Part shown: positions 15,905 to 23,060 of the stretch, in pieces
Layout: every line of letters begins with the position of its first letter
Position numbering within the stretch: the first letter of the stretch is position 1
Source: a virus
Lineage: Duplodnaviria; Caudoviricetes
Strand: one strand, 5' to 3'
DNA: 24,054 nucleotides
Virus record (IMG/VR): IMGVR_UViG_3300038393_001590
Span: 1-24,054 of that record
Program-made: the position numbers and the translations under genes
Notes under the pieces: model-generated
Told to the model about the DNA's origin: nothing
Databases searched by the model: none
Seen by the model: only the letters and a program-made list of their open reading frames with translations

Positions 15905-17320
15905 CTAGGCGAGGAACGCTGCCGACATTCTCGGGTCGGTTGCTTTTCCGCCGAGGACGTGGCGGACTCTCCACCACACTGCATCGCTCTCGAAGTCGCC
16001 TTCGAGCGGGTTGGCCCCGCCGCCGCCGAGCATTACCTTGTTCGGAGCCTTCATGCAGAGCTCAGGAGCTTCGTGACCCTGCAAGAAGTTCAGCTTCGCG
16101 GCCGCGCCGTTGGCGAGGGTTGCGAACAGGTACCAGGTGGTATCCGCGTTTCCGCTGGTGTCGATGATCGGCAGGTACGGATTCACCTGGAGGGTGATGT
16201 TCATGTTCGCGACGATGTTCGCCGAGGTGCGGAACTGCATCGCCTTGCCCGAGGTCGAGTCGCCGCCGGCCGCGATGAGGGCTGCCTTGTTCAGGATCTG
16301 AAGGGCAGCGATCTCGAGAGCCGGAGGAACGACCAGCACGAAGCCGTCGATCAAGATCGGCTCACCATCGGAGTCCACCTGGTGCCGCAGCTTGGTCAAG
16401 CCGACGCCGAGGTTGTCGATCGTCAGTGCCGAGCTGGTGAACTTGTTGGTGATGGCCTTTCCGTCGATCGGGTGCGTGATCGTGGCACCGTATAGTCCAG
16501 TGCTCGGACCAGTGGAGGCCGCGAAGAGCTTCGTGGCTTCACGATACTCGGTTCGCAGGGCTGCCTTGGCCAAGCGATCGGCATTGTCGTTGAAGGCCCC
16601 AAGGTCATCGTTGATCAGCGACTCCCAGCTGAGCGGGAAGGTTCGACCGTACTTCTTCAGCGTGATCGAAACCTTGCCGTCGCCGAGCGACGCATCAGCC
16701 TTGTACTCGTCCTTCTGCACGACTTCGTTCAGTCCGCCTTCCAAGCCGTAGACGCCGATTGCATCCGCGGGGCGGAAGTCCATCTGCGTTCCGGTCTTGA
16801 GATAGGTGCGCCACGCGCCGTCAGCGGCCGACTTGTAGCGGGCGAGCAACTGACGATCGATGACGGTACCGAACAGGATCGGGAAGTCAGAGGTCGTCTC
16901 GGCTTCCGACAACAGGTAACGTCGTTTCGCGCGAGAGAATCCTGGCTTGTTCGTGATGAGCCCAATGAACTTACCGAGGGCCTCTTCGAAGCGATCGCCG
17001 CCTCGCTTTCCGGCTTCTCGAATAGAGACGCCGTCATCGTTGAGGCGATCCTGCGTTGTTGCGGCATCAGCCTCGTCGATCACGTCGAGGAAGCTGCGGC
17101 TGCCGATTACAGGAGCAGTCACCGCGGTGAGCACGCCAGCGTGGACGCCGCTCAGTGGGTTATGGCCGGTTGCGAGGCCATAGATGAATGCCGCCGCCAA
17201 GACAAGCAAGGCGATCGGCGAAGCGAACATGGCGAACTGCAGGCCGAGGACGGCGATCTTGCGTGCCGAGCGCTCGTATTCCATGTTCCGGTGCAACTTT
17301 CTGTTCTCTCCGGCTGTCAT
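15905..17320 (-). CDS. Major capsid protein (Mu gpT-like, HK97 fold) with an N-terminal hydrophobic leader, 471 aa
   Basis: Sequence TTSDFPILF...DFRP...LKKYGRTFPLSWESLINDDLGAF...LVVPPALE...TTWYLFA...LNFLQGHEAPEL...DFESDAVWWRVRHVLGGKATDPR. GGAG lies about 10 nt upstream of ATG 17320, and a terminator follows the gene. Confidence 0.92.
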   Translation of the reverse strand: MTAGENRKLHRNMEYERSARKIAVLGLQFAMFASPIALLVLAAAFIYGLATGHNPLSGVHAGVLTAVTAPVIGSRSFLDVIDEADAATTQDRLNDDGVSIREAGKRGGDRFEEALGKFIGLITNKPGFSRAKRRYLLSEAETTSDFPILFGTVIDRQLLARYKSAADGAWRTYLKTGTQMDFRPADAIGVYGLEGGLNEVVQKDEYKADASLGDGKVSITLKKYGRTFPLSWESLINDDLGAFNDNADRLAKAALRTEYREATKLFAASTGPSTGLYGATITHPIDGKAITNKFTSSALTIDNLGVGLTKLRHQVDSDGEPILIDGFVLVVPPALEIAALQILNKAALIAAGGDSTSGKAMQFRTSANIVANMNITLQVNPYLPIIDTSGNADTTWYLFATLANGAAAKLNFLQGHEAPELCMKAPNKVMLGGGGANPLEGDFESDAVWWRVRHVLGGKATDPRMSAAFLA

Positions 17321-17375
17321 TTGCCTTTTCTCCAGTGAAGGAAGTGGGTGAAGCTGGGGCCCTTGTGGCGGCTTG

Positions 17376-17744
17376 TTAGCCGGCGAGTCGAACGTCGATC
17401 GTCCCGGTTGCGCCAGAAGTCACGGCGCCGAGCGCGATGCCGAAGAAAACCTTGGTGTTGTTCTTGGTGATGGCGGCGGTGGATCCGTCGATGTACAGCT
17501 TGTCGCCGAATGCAACGGCCGAGTTGCCGCCGGAGTCGGTGCCGGTGACCGATACGCTGACCACGCCCTTCGCGAGGACGGGAATCACATCGGTTGTGGC
17601 CGCGGCATCGGTCTCCGCGACGCCAGGCAGCTGCCCGACGACGCAAGGATCGCCGCTGTTGACCAGGCCGTCGGAGTGCGACGGGTGGACCAGCGCGGAC
17701 TCGACAACGCCGATCACGTTGCCGGGATTTTTGAAATTCTTCAT
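17376..17744 (-). CDS. DUF2190-like capsid cement/decoration protein, 122 aa
   Basis: Sequence MKNFKNPGNVI...VNSGDPCVVGQLPGVAETDAA...AVAFGDKLYID...FFGIALGAV...TIDVRL. Strong GGGGAGG Shine-Dalgarno; adjacent to the capsid gene. Confidence 0.85.
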   Translation of the reverse strand: MKNFKNPGNVIGVVESALVHPSHSDGLVNSGDPCVVGQLPGVAETDAAATTDVIPVLAKGVVSVSVTGTDSGGNSAVAFGDKLYIDGSTAAITKNNTKVFFGIALGAVTSGATGTIDVRLAG

Positions 17745-17769
17745 TAGCTTTTCCTCCCCAAAATGGGAA

Positions 17770-17791
17770 GGGCACGCTCGAAAGCGTGCCC
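17770..17791 (-). promoter_or_regulatory. Stable hairpin (weak terminator or mRNA-stabilising/processing element) upstream of the cement and capsid genes
   Basis: GGGCACGCT-TTCG-AGCGTGCCC forms a perfect 9-bp stem with a UUCG loop, followed by TTCCCATTTT. Confidence 0.6.
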
Positions 17792-17817
17792 AGAGATTTG
17801 TGGAACCCGTTTACTGC

Positions 17818-19266
17818 TTACCGCCCTGCGGCTGCGATCTTGGCCTGGGCTTCGGTCAAACCGAAGGCCTGGAAACTCTCGACCAGGTTGGGCTTCTTCG
17901 CGTCCTTGTCCGACTCGTCGTTCTCGTTCGTCTTCTTGCCCATGTTGGTGACCTTGGTCGAGCCCCCGCCTGCAGCGGGTGCGATCGCGGCGATGTAATC
18001 CTTCTCCGCCTGGATCGCGGCTTCCATGCCATCAATCGTGACCGCTTCCTTGAACTGCGAAGCGATGCGATCGGCAGCGGGCTTGGGAAGCTTCGCGGCC
18101 TCGAGCAGCTCTTTCAATTTGGCGGCTGCGGTTGCCTTCTTTGCGGTCGACTCGGATTCCGATACCTTCGTCTCCAGAGCCGCAGACTTTTCCTTCTCCG
18201 CCGCGAGAGCGGCGTTTGCTTCCTGCAACTGCTGTTCTAGTGTCTTCACTTTGGCTACTTCCTCTCGGGCGTTGGATTCGATGAGCTCGACCAGGTCCTG
18301 CCGGCGCTCGCGCAACTGCTCGATCGTCATCAGTTCGAAGTCGAATTCATCACTGCGGTCAGACTCCAGGACCTCGCACTGGCCGCCCGCACCAGCAAAG
18401 GTCACAAAATCTACAGATCGCGCGGCGATCAGCCGCTCGACCATGTTCGTTTTCACGGTCTCAGAACCATCGGGGACATCGGCTTCGGAGCCGACGCCGA
18501 TCGCGCGGATCGAGACTCCCATCTCGTTCAGCAGTCCGGCTTCTTGCAGAGTCGCGAGCTTCTCCTTGAACGGCGGATCGATGACCTTCGCCTTCGCGCG
18601 GATCCTTCCATCGGACTCTGCCCAGGGCTTGCCGATCTGCGCGACCCACTTATTCACATCGCCTTCCGGCCGCGCGGTGTCCTCGGTCTTGGTCGCGTGG
18701 TTCGTGAACATCTTCGCGTTTTCGAAGATGCCCATGTCGCGCTTGAGGACCGTCGCCGGGTAGTAGCGGGTCTTCGATTTGTTCAGACCGGGCTTGATGA
18801 TGGTCAGGGTCAGCTCGCCGGTCTTCTTGTTGTACGAAGCCTCGGCCTCCTTCAGATCGCAGCCGAATGGCGCAAGCAGTCGTTGGGACTCGCCGAGCGG
18901 CTTGTAGGCGACTTCCACCTCGAGCGCGTCGCCGAAAGTGACGTTCCCGGCGGCATCGACCTTGTAGTCGCGCTGATAAAGGTCTCCATTCGTCGAGTAG
19001 ACAACCTTGTCGGTGAAGATATCGCGAATCCAGCAGTACACCGAGTTCTTGCCGACGCAGTTGGAGCAGCAGTTGCCGGCGCATTCATAGCCGCAACCGG
19101 TGCAGCAGGTGCCATCGCATGGATCGACCGAGGCTGCGCGACCGTTCAGCACGTTCGACAGCGCCTGCTGGACCTTTTGCTGCGTCCCGCTAAAGGACTG
19201 CGAGCTCGAGAGAACGGCTTCCTTGATAGCCTCAGCCGTCTTTTTTGCCTTTGCTTTTACCAGCAT
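17818..19266 (-). CDS. Prohead maturation protease-scaffold fusion, 482 aa
   Basis: AAGGAG Shine-Dalgarno. Protease core IIKPGLNKSKTRYYPATVL...MFTNH...MGVSIRA...SVDFVTFAGAGG gives candidate catalytic His and Ser. A Glu/Ala/Lys-rich coiled-coil scaffold tail follows. Confidence 0.85.
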   Translation of the reverse strand: MLVKAKAKKTAEAIKEAVLSSSQSFSGTQQKVQQALSNVLNGRAASVDPCDGTCCTGCGYECAGNCCSNCVGKNSVYCWIRDIFTDKVVYSTNGDLYQRDYKVDAAGNVTFGDALEVEVAYKPLGESQRLLAPFGCDLKEAEASYNKKTGELTLTIIKPGLNKSKTRYYPATVLKRDMGIFENAKMFTNHATKTEDTARPEGDVNKWVAQIGKPWAESDGRIRAKAKVIDPPFKEKLATLQEAGLLNEMGVSIRAIGVGSEADVPDGSETVKTNMVERLIAARSVDFVTFAGAGGQCEVLESDRSDEFDFELMTIEQLRERRQDLVELIESNAREEVAKVKTLEQQLQEANAALAAEKEKSAALETKVSESESTAKKATAAAKLKELLEAAKLPKPAADRIASQFKEAVTIDGMEAAIQAEKDYIAAIAPAAGGGSTKVTNMGKKTNENDESDKDAKKPNLVESFQAFGLTEAQAKIAAAGR

Positions 19267-19402
19267 CGAAATGTCTCCTTCGACCGAGCTTCAGAAAGTA
19301 CTCGACGAGCACCTTGTCCCAGTTGCATGAACATTCGCAGCCCTTGCAATCGATGCACATGCCGTGAACGCATCGCCAGCACATGACATGCTTCGTGGGC
19401 AT
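19232..19402 (-). CDS. Cys-rich 56-aa mini-protein (MPTKHVMCWRCVHGMCIDCKGCECSCNWDKVLVEYFLKLGRRRHFDAGKSKGKKDG); not in the ORF track
   Basis: The ATG overlaps the upstream stop (TGATG at 19400-19404), the ORF fills the gap before the protease gene, and it has 7 Cys in 19 residues. Confidence 0.6.
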   Translation of the reverse strand: MPTKHVMCWRCVHGMCIDCKGCECSCNWDKVLVEYFLKLGRRRHFDAGKSKGKKDG

Positions 19403-20298
19403 CAGTTCGCTACCGTTGCGGCGTCTTCCTCTTCCGGTGCTTCTTCGACCGGAGGCCGCGACCCGACCGTCGCACAGCGACAGTTCGGGTGGATCGGCGT
19501 CCTGTCGTATTCCATCCCGTCAGAATCAACGAAGGGCTGGTCGACTGGAACCGGTCCTGCATCCTTGATCGACGTGCAGATCGGGCACGCTTCCGGCGCC
19601 AGGATCAACTGCTTGTACTCGACGCCGAGCCGCTTCATATTGCGGATCGCGGCCTCGCTGAACGCATCGTTCATCTCGGTGTTGGCGATCATCTTCGCCC
19701 GATACACCGACATGTTCCGAAGCTCGGAGCGGATAAACCGTCCGAGACCTTCGACTCCGAGCTGCTCTTCGATACCGCGCTTGATAGCGTCCTGAAGCAG
19801 CTTCAACGTCGTGTCGTTGATGCCCTTGATCTGCATCGCCGCCCTGCGCGCTGCATACTCCGCGGCTTCCAGCCCCGTGATACCGATCTTCTCGATCGCC
19901 TTCAATATGGTGTCGTAGAGCGTCGGCTCGTCCGGTGGCGGACCTGGTGGCGGTGGAATCGCCTGCGGTCCTGCCTCCTTGAATTCTTCCTTCATCTGCC
20001 GGCGCGCGACTTTGTCACCGTCGAGCAGCGCCAGGTAGATATGACCTGACAGCACCCTGAGCAGAAACGGCGATTCCGATCGGAGTGCTCTCCGAATGTC
20101 CAGCTCGAGCGACTGCGCTCCGGTTTCGGACTTCGCTTCCCCCCAGTCGAGCTTTCGCAGGTCAAGCCACAGCTGGTCGAAGTAGACGCGCAGGTCCTTT
20201 TCGCAGGAGTTCACGCGCTTAATGCCGACCAACGACATCACTCCGGGCTTGGTTGCAGCCTCGGTCAATAGTGCGACGATGCCCTCGAGCAAGTTCAC
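19402..20298 (-). CDS. Head morphogenesis / minor head protein (SPP1 gp7 / Mu gpF-like), 298 aa
   Basis: Motifs IKGINDTT, RAKMIANTEMNDA, ACPIC and PIHPNCRCA; position after the portal. Confidence 0.9.
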   Translation of the reverse strand: MNLLEGIVALLTEAATKPGVMSLVGIKRVNSCEKDLRVYFDQLWLDLRKLDWGEAKSETGAQSLELDIRRALRSESPFLLRVLSGHIYLALLDGDKVARRQMKEEFKEAGPQAIPPPPGPPPDEPTLYDTILKAIEKIGITGLEAAEYAARRAAMQIKGINDTTLKLLQDAIKRGIEEQLGVEGLGRFIRSELRNMSVYRAKMIANTEMNDAFSEAAIRNMKRLGVEYKQLILAPEACPICTSIKDAGPVPVDQPFVDSDGMEYDRTPIHPNCRCATVGSRPPVEEAPEEEDAATVAN

Positions 20299-20483
20299 GC
20301 GTTACCCTTCTGCGACTTCAACCACTGCTCTTTCTGGATCCCCAAGAGCTGTGCCCTGAACATGCACAGTTGCGGATTCGACTGACAAACGACACAGCCG
20401 ACGGCATGACGCTTTACGCGTTCTTCCCTCGCCAACCGATGGACCTTTTGGAACTGGTTCTCATTTGTGTGGCCGTTTGACAT
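20295..20483 (-). CDS. Hypothetical 62-aa protein with HxxxCxxC-x6-C motif (MSNGHTNENQF...HAVGCVVCQSNPQLC...KGNA)
   Basis: ATG 20483 overlaps the upstream TGA, and its own TGA overlaps the GTG of the next gene. The track ORF 20295-20645 is over-extended at the 5' end. Confidence 0.6.
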   Translation of the reverse strand: MSNGHTNENQFQKVHRLAREERVKRHAVGCVVCQSNPQLCMFRAQLLGIQKEQWLKSQKGNA

Positions 20484-20677
20484 CAGGCGGCATTCCCGTG
20501 GAACTTCAATATGCGAGCAACGTCGTCGGTCTTCGAATAGCAGCGGCGATGGAAGTAGCCGACTGCGTGACAGGTCGTACACCACTCGAACACGCATCCG
20601 AACGGAATCTGCCACCAGTGCAGCCGCTCCCTGCAGCCATGGCACACCAGTGCACGAATCATGGGTTGTCCGCTCAT
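20483..20677 (-). CDS. Hypothetical 64-aa putative zinc-binding protein (CHGC...CTTC...HRRC)
   Basis: ATGA overlap with the portal stop and TGATG overlap with the next ORF; two CxxC plus one HxxC. Confidence 0.6.
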   Translation of the reverse strand: MSGQPMIRALVCHGCRERLHWWQIPFGCVFEWCTTCHAVGYFHRRCYSKTDDVARILKFHGNAA

Positions 20678-22296
20678 GCCGCCAGGGCCTCCGATACTTT
20701 CAACAGTGCGGCTGTCAGATGTTGCGCAGCCTCAGTGCTGAGATTCGGAGCGAGTGGCGCAGCTCCCTGCTTGCCCGCGGCAGCGGCGGCTTTCGCCAGC
20801 ACTGCCTGGCGCTTGGCATCGTCGGCGGCGAGCTCTTCACGCTTCTCGCGGATCGAGTCCATCACGTCTTCGACGTTGTTGATGCCGAGGGCGACAAGCA
20901 TTGCCTGCAGTACTTCGTCGACGCCGATCTCGGGGAACAAGGCTCCGATCGCAGTGATCGCCTGGCCGAGGTTTCTCAAGTCGTCCTTAAGGATCGGCGG
21001 CAGGTCGATATCGATGACGGCCGGCTCGTCCTCAGGCTGTTCATTCAGCACGATCGAGAAGACGTCGCGGATAGCGTCGGTCCATAGCCGCTGGTAAGCG
21101 GTGAAGGACTTCAGCATCGGCAATTCCATCGCAGTCGCCGTGGCCAGGTTGCCGGTCGAGGGATCGCCAAAGTAGTGCAGCATTATGTTCGTCGCTGCAC
21201 AGACCATCAGCTTCAGGCCGTCTCCATCCTGCTTCGCATCGCCGGCGCCAGTGGCGCGTGGCATCTGCTCGAGGTTCGCGCCTGCATTCTGGAACCAGGT
21301 GGATCCCGGTGCTCCTTGCGGATTCTTCTCGAGCTGAGTTCCACCGGTCTCGACGTGGCTGGACTGCACACGCTTCTTCAGCTGGTCGAGAAGTGCTTGG
21401 CCGCCCTTGATCGTGAGCTTGTGTGCGAACTTTGAAAGCGCCTGTGTGATCGCAACACGCGCTTCCATGAAGCGGCGATGCTCGCGCGACCAGTCGAGCG
21501 CGGGCAGCAGCAAACCGTTGCCGCGCCAGCCAAAGTCATCGAAGGGTAGGTGGTAGACGACGACGTCCTCTTCGAGCGTGATGGTTTTGCCTGTCTCGGG
21601 GTCCTTCTGTTCCTGAGCGAGGGCTTTGTCTTCCTCGGTAGCGGTCCAGTCGGCGAAGTAAAGGACCTTGTTGCTCGAGGCGAGCACGCGGCGATAGGCC
21701 AGCACATGTTCGTCGTCGTCGGGATCCGTGATGCGGTCCGTGATCTGGATCGGGTCGATGGTGCGGATGATCTTGTCTTCGGCATCGGGTTCGCCGAAGA
21801 TCGCGAAGAAGATCTCGCCATCGACCAGGAGCCGACGTGAGAGCTTCTGCATGCCGCGGGAGCTGAGGAGTGTGCGGTTTGCGCGAGCTTTCCAGAACTT
21901 GTTGAGCTTCTGCTGGATAGGATTGGTGCCTGCGGTCTTCGACTTGCCGGGCTTCGCTGTCTTGTTTTTCCCCGCGACGTTGAAGCTGATGCCGTCGCCG
22001 ATGCCGTAATCGGTCCAGATTCTGACAGCCTGGTGCGCGAGCGGGTCACGGCTCCAGTACATGCGGGCGCGCTTGACGAGGACCTTGCGCGTGGCGCCGT
22101 CGATCTCCCCGATCGAATTCTGCGACATCGGGTTGATCCAGCCGCGGTCATCGAGTGCGAGCTCGAGGTCGGCACGGGTAAAAGCTTCGGCGAGCTCGGG
22201 GATACCGATGAGCGCTTCGGCCATCTCCGAGGCGGAGAACTGGCGGCTTGAGCCCTTACTTCCTGTTTTCCGACTTGGTTTGAGGGTCTTCTTCAC
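20674..22296 (-). CDS. Portal protein (~540 aa)
   Basis: Position and size fit. Sequence RARMYWSRDPLAHQAV...LLVDGEIFF...IDPIQITDRITDPDD...RGNGLLLPAL...YFGDPSTGNLATATAMELP. The likely start is GTG 22296, overlapping the upstream TGA. Confidence 0.88.
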   Translation of the reverse strand: MKKTLKPSRKTGSKGSSRQFSASEMAEALIGIPELAEAFTRADLELALDDRGWINPMSQNSIGEIDGATRKVLVKRARMYWSRDPLAHQAVRIWTDYGIGDGISFNVAGKNKTAKPGKSKTAGTNPIQQKLNKFWKARANRTLLSSRGMQKLSRRLLVDGEIFFAIFGEPDAEDKIIRTIDPIQITDRITDPDDDEHVLAYRRVLASSNKVLYFADWTATEEDKALAQEQKDPETGKTITLEEDVVVYHLPFDDFGWRGNGLLLPALDWSREHRRFMEARVAITQALSKFAHKLTIKGGQALLDQLKKRVQSSHVETGGTQLEKNPQGAPGSTWFQNAGANLEQMPRATGAGDAKQDGDGLKLMVCAATNIMLHYFGDPSTGNLATATAMELPMLKSFTAYQRLWTDAIRDVFSIVLNEQPEDEPAVIDIDLPPILKDDLRNLGQAITAIGALFPEIGVDEVLQAMLVALGINNVEDVMDSIREKREELAADDAKRQAVLAKAAAAAGKQGAAPLAPNLSTEAAQHLTAALLKVSEALAA

Positions 22297-22553
22297 GCGC
22301 TCACCCTGGTCATGACCTTCAACGGGAAGTACAGCCCAGCCCACGTGCTATCGGCTGCCGGCAGCGCCTGATTCATCTTCGCCGGTGCGATGAAGTACGA
22401 CTCGTCCTGGCACGCACCGACAGCGCCAAGCTCATCGCTGAATACGCCTTGGAACGACCACTTACCGTCGCCGATGACCTTGCCGCAGATCCAGACGGGT
22501 TCGCGGCCTTCGAACACTCGCCGCTGCTTCGCGATGTCGCTCGCTTTGCTCAT
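22293..22553 (-). CDS. Hypothetical phage protein, 86 aa
   Basis: Coupled on both sides (TGAATG and GTGA); globular-looking sequence VWICGK...WSFQGVFSDE..AVGAC...YFIAP...WAGLYFP. Confidence 0.7.
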   Translation of the reverse strand: MSKASDIAKQRRVFEGREPVWICGKVIGDGKWSFQGVFSDELGAVGACQDESYFIAPAKMNQALPAADSTWAGLYFPLKVMTRVSA

Positions 22554-22697
22554 TCACACCCACCATGGCGGAGCCAGCATGTCGCCGGTAGCTTCGTCGA
22601 CTTCCGGTTGCGCCAGCTTCTTCTGGCCTTGCTCGCGGAGGATCACGCACGCACTCCACATGACAATGCCGACGACAAATGCGACTTTGAACAGCAT
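22554..22697 (-). CDS. Putative 47-aa single-pass membrane protein (MLFKVAFVVGIVMWSACVILREQGQKKLAQPEVDEATGDMLAPPWWV); not in the ORF track
   Basis: GGAGG lies 5 nt before ATG 22697, the first 20 residues are hydrophobic, and the TGA directly abuts the next ATG. Confidence 0.65.
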   Translation of the reverse strand: MLFKVAFVVGIVMWSACVILREQGQKKLAQPEVDEATGDMLAPPWWV

Positions 22698-22707
22698 CGC
22701 GACCTCC

Positions 22708-22745
22708 AAAACAAAGAGCAGGCCTCCATGCCAGGAGCCTGCTCT
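22708..22745 (-). terminator. Probable intrinsic terminator between the terminase and portal genes
   Basis: AGAGCAGGC-TCC-TGGCAT-GGA-G-GCCTGCTCT (9-bp plus 3-bp stem) followed by TTGTTTT. Confidence 0.7.
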
Positions 22746-22780
22746 CGCGGCGTCCGCTCTCCCCAGGGCGAGTCGCCGAA

Positions 22781-22963
22781 CTATTTAGACGTAGCCATCG
22801 AGCGAGCTGCTTGCTGATAAATAGCAGCGCCAGCCGCTTCCCATGCTTCACGAATGTGCGGCATCAGCTTGTCCCACGTCGGCAGAACGCTGCCCGTGAT
22901 GAGGGACTTGCCGTTCGTGTGTGCGCAGTAGGCCTCGTAGCCGATCTGGCCATAACTCTTCAA
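22781..22963 (-). CDS. Hypothetical phage protein, 60 aa
   Basis: TTG start with GGAG upstream. The pattern GQIGYEAYC...GKSLITG..LPTWDKL...IREAWEAA is one I recognise from small phage hypothetical proteins. Confidence 0.7.
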   Translation of the reverse strand: MKSYGQIGYEAYCAHTNGKSLITGSVLPTWDKLMPHIREAWEAAGAAIYQQAARSMATSK

Positions 22964-22964
22964 G

Positions 22965-23060
22965 TTAGCCGCTCCAGTTCAGGCCGTCATTCGACGAGCT
23001 CATCCACAGGCGGCCATCGATGGTCTTGCCGATCTTGAAGAAGTCTTTCTGACTGTCCAT
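22965..23060 (-). CDS. Putative 31-aa mini-protein (MDSQKDFFKIGKTIDGRLWMSSSNDGLNWSG); not in the ORF track
   Basis: The ATG overlaps the terminase stop (TGATG), and the TAA ends 1 nt before the next start, exactly filling the gap. Confidence 0.45.
   Translation of the reverse strand: MDSQKDFFKIGKTIDGRLWMSSSNDGLNWSG

Noticed and set aside
15840-15977. N-terminal extension of the head-tail connector in the ORF track
   Set aside because: It overlaps the capsid 3' end and crosses the terminator; ATG 15839 gives a typical MTFTYD start.
19240-19246. A AAA AAG slippery heptamer in frame at codons 7-9 of the protease gene
   Set aside because: A -1 shift would hit TGA within three codons (the stop of the Cys-rich mini-ORF), and no stimulatory structure is evident. 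It is most simply Lys codons in an overlap region.
19925-19970. Poly-proline stretch GPQAIPPPPGPPPDEP in the minor head protein
   Set aside because: Most likely a simple interdomain linker; nothing else supports a special role.
22554-22697. Holin or spanin call for the small membrane ORFs
   Set aside because: There is no adjacent endolysin and no lipobox-bearing partner; a single hydrophobic helix is not enough evidence.
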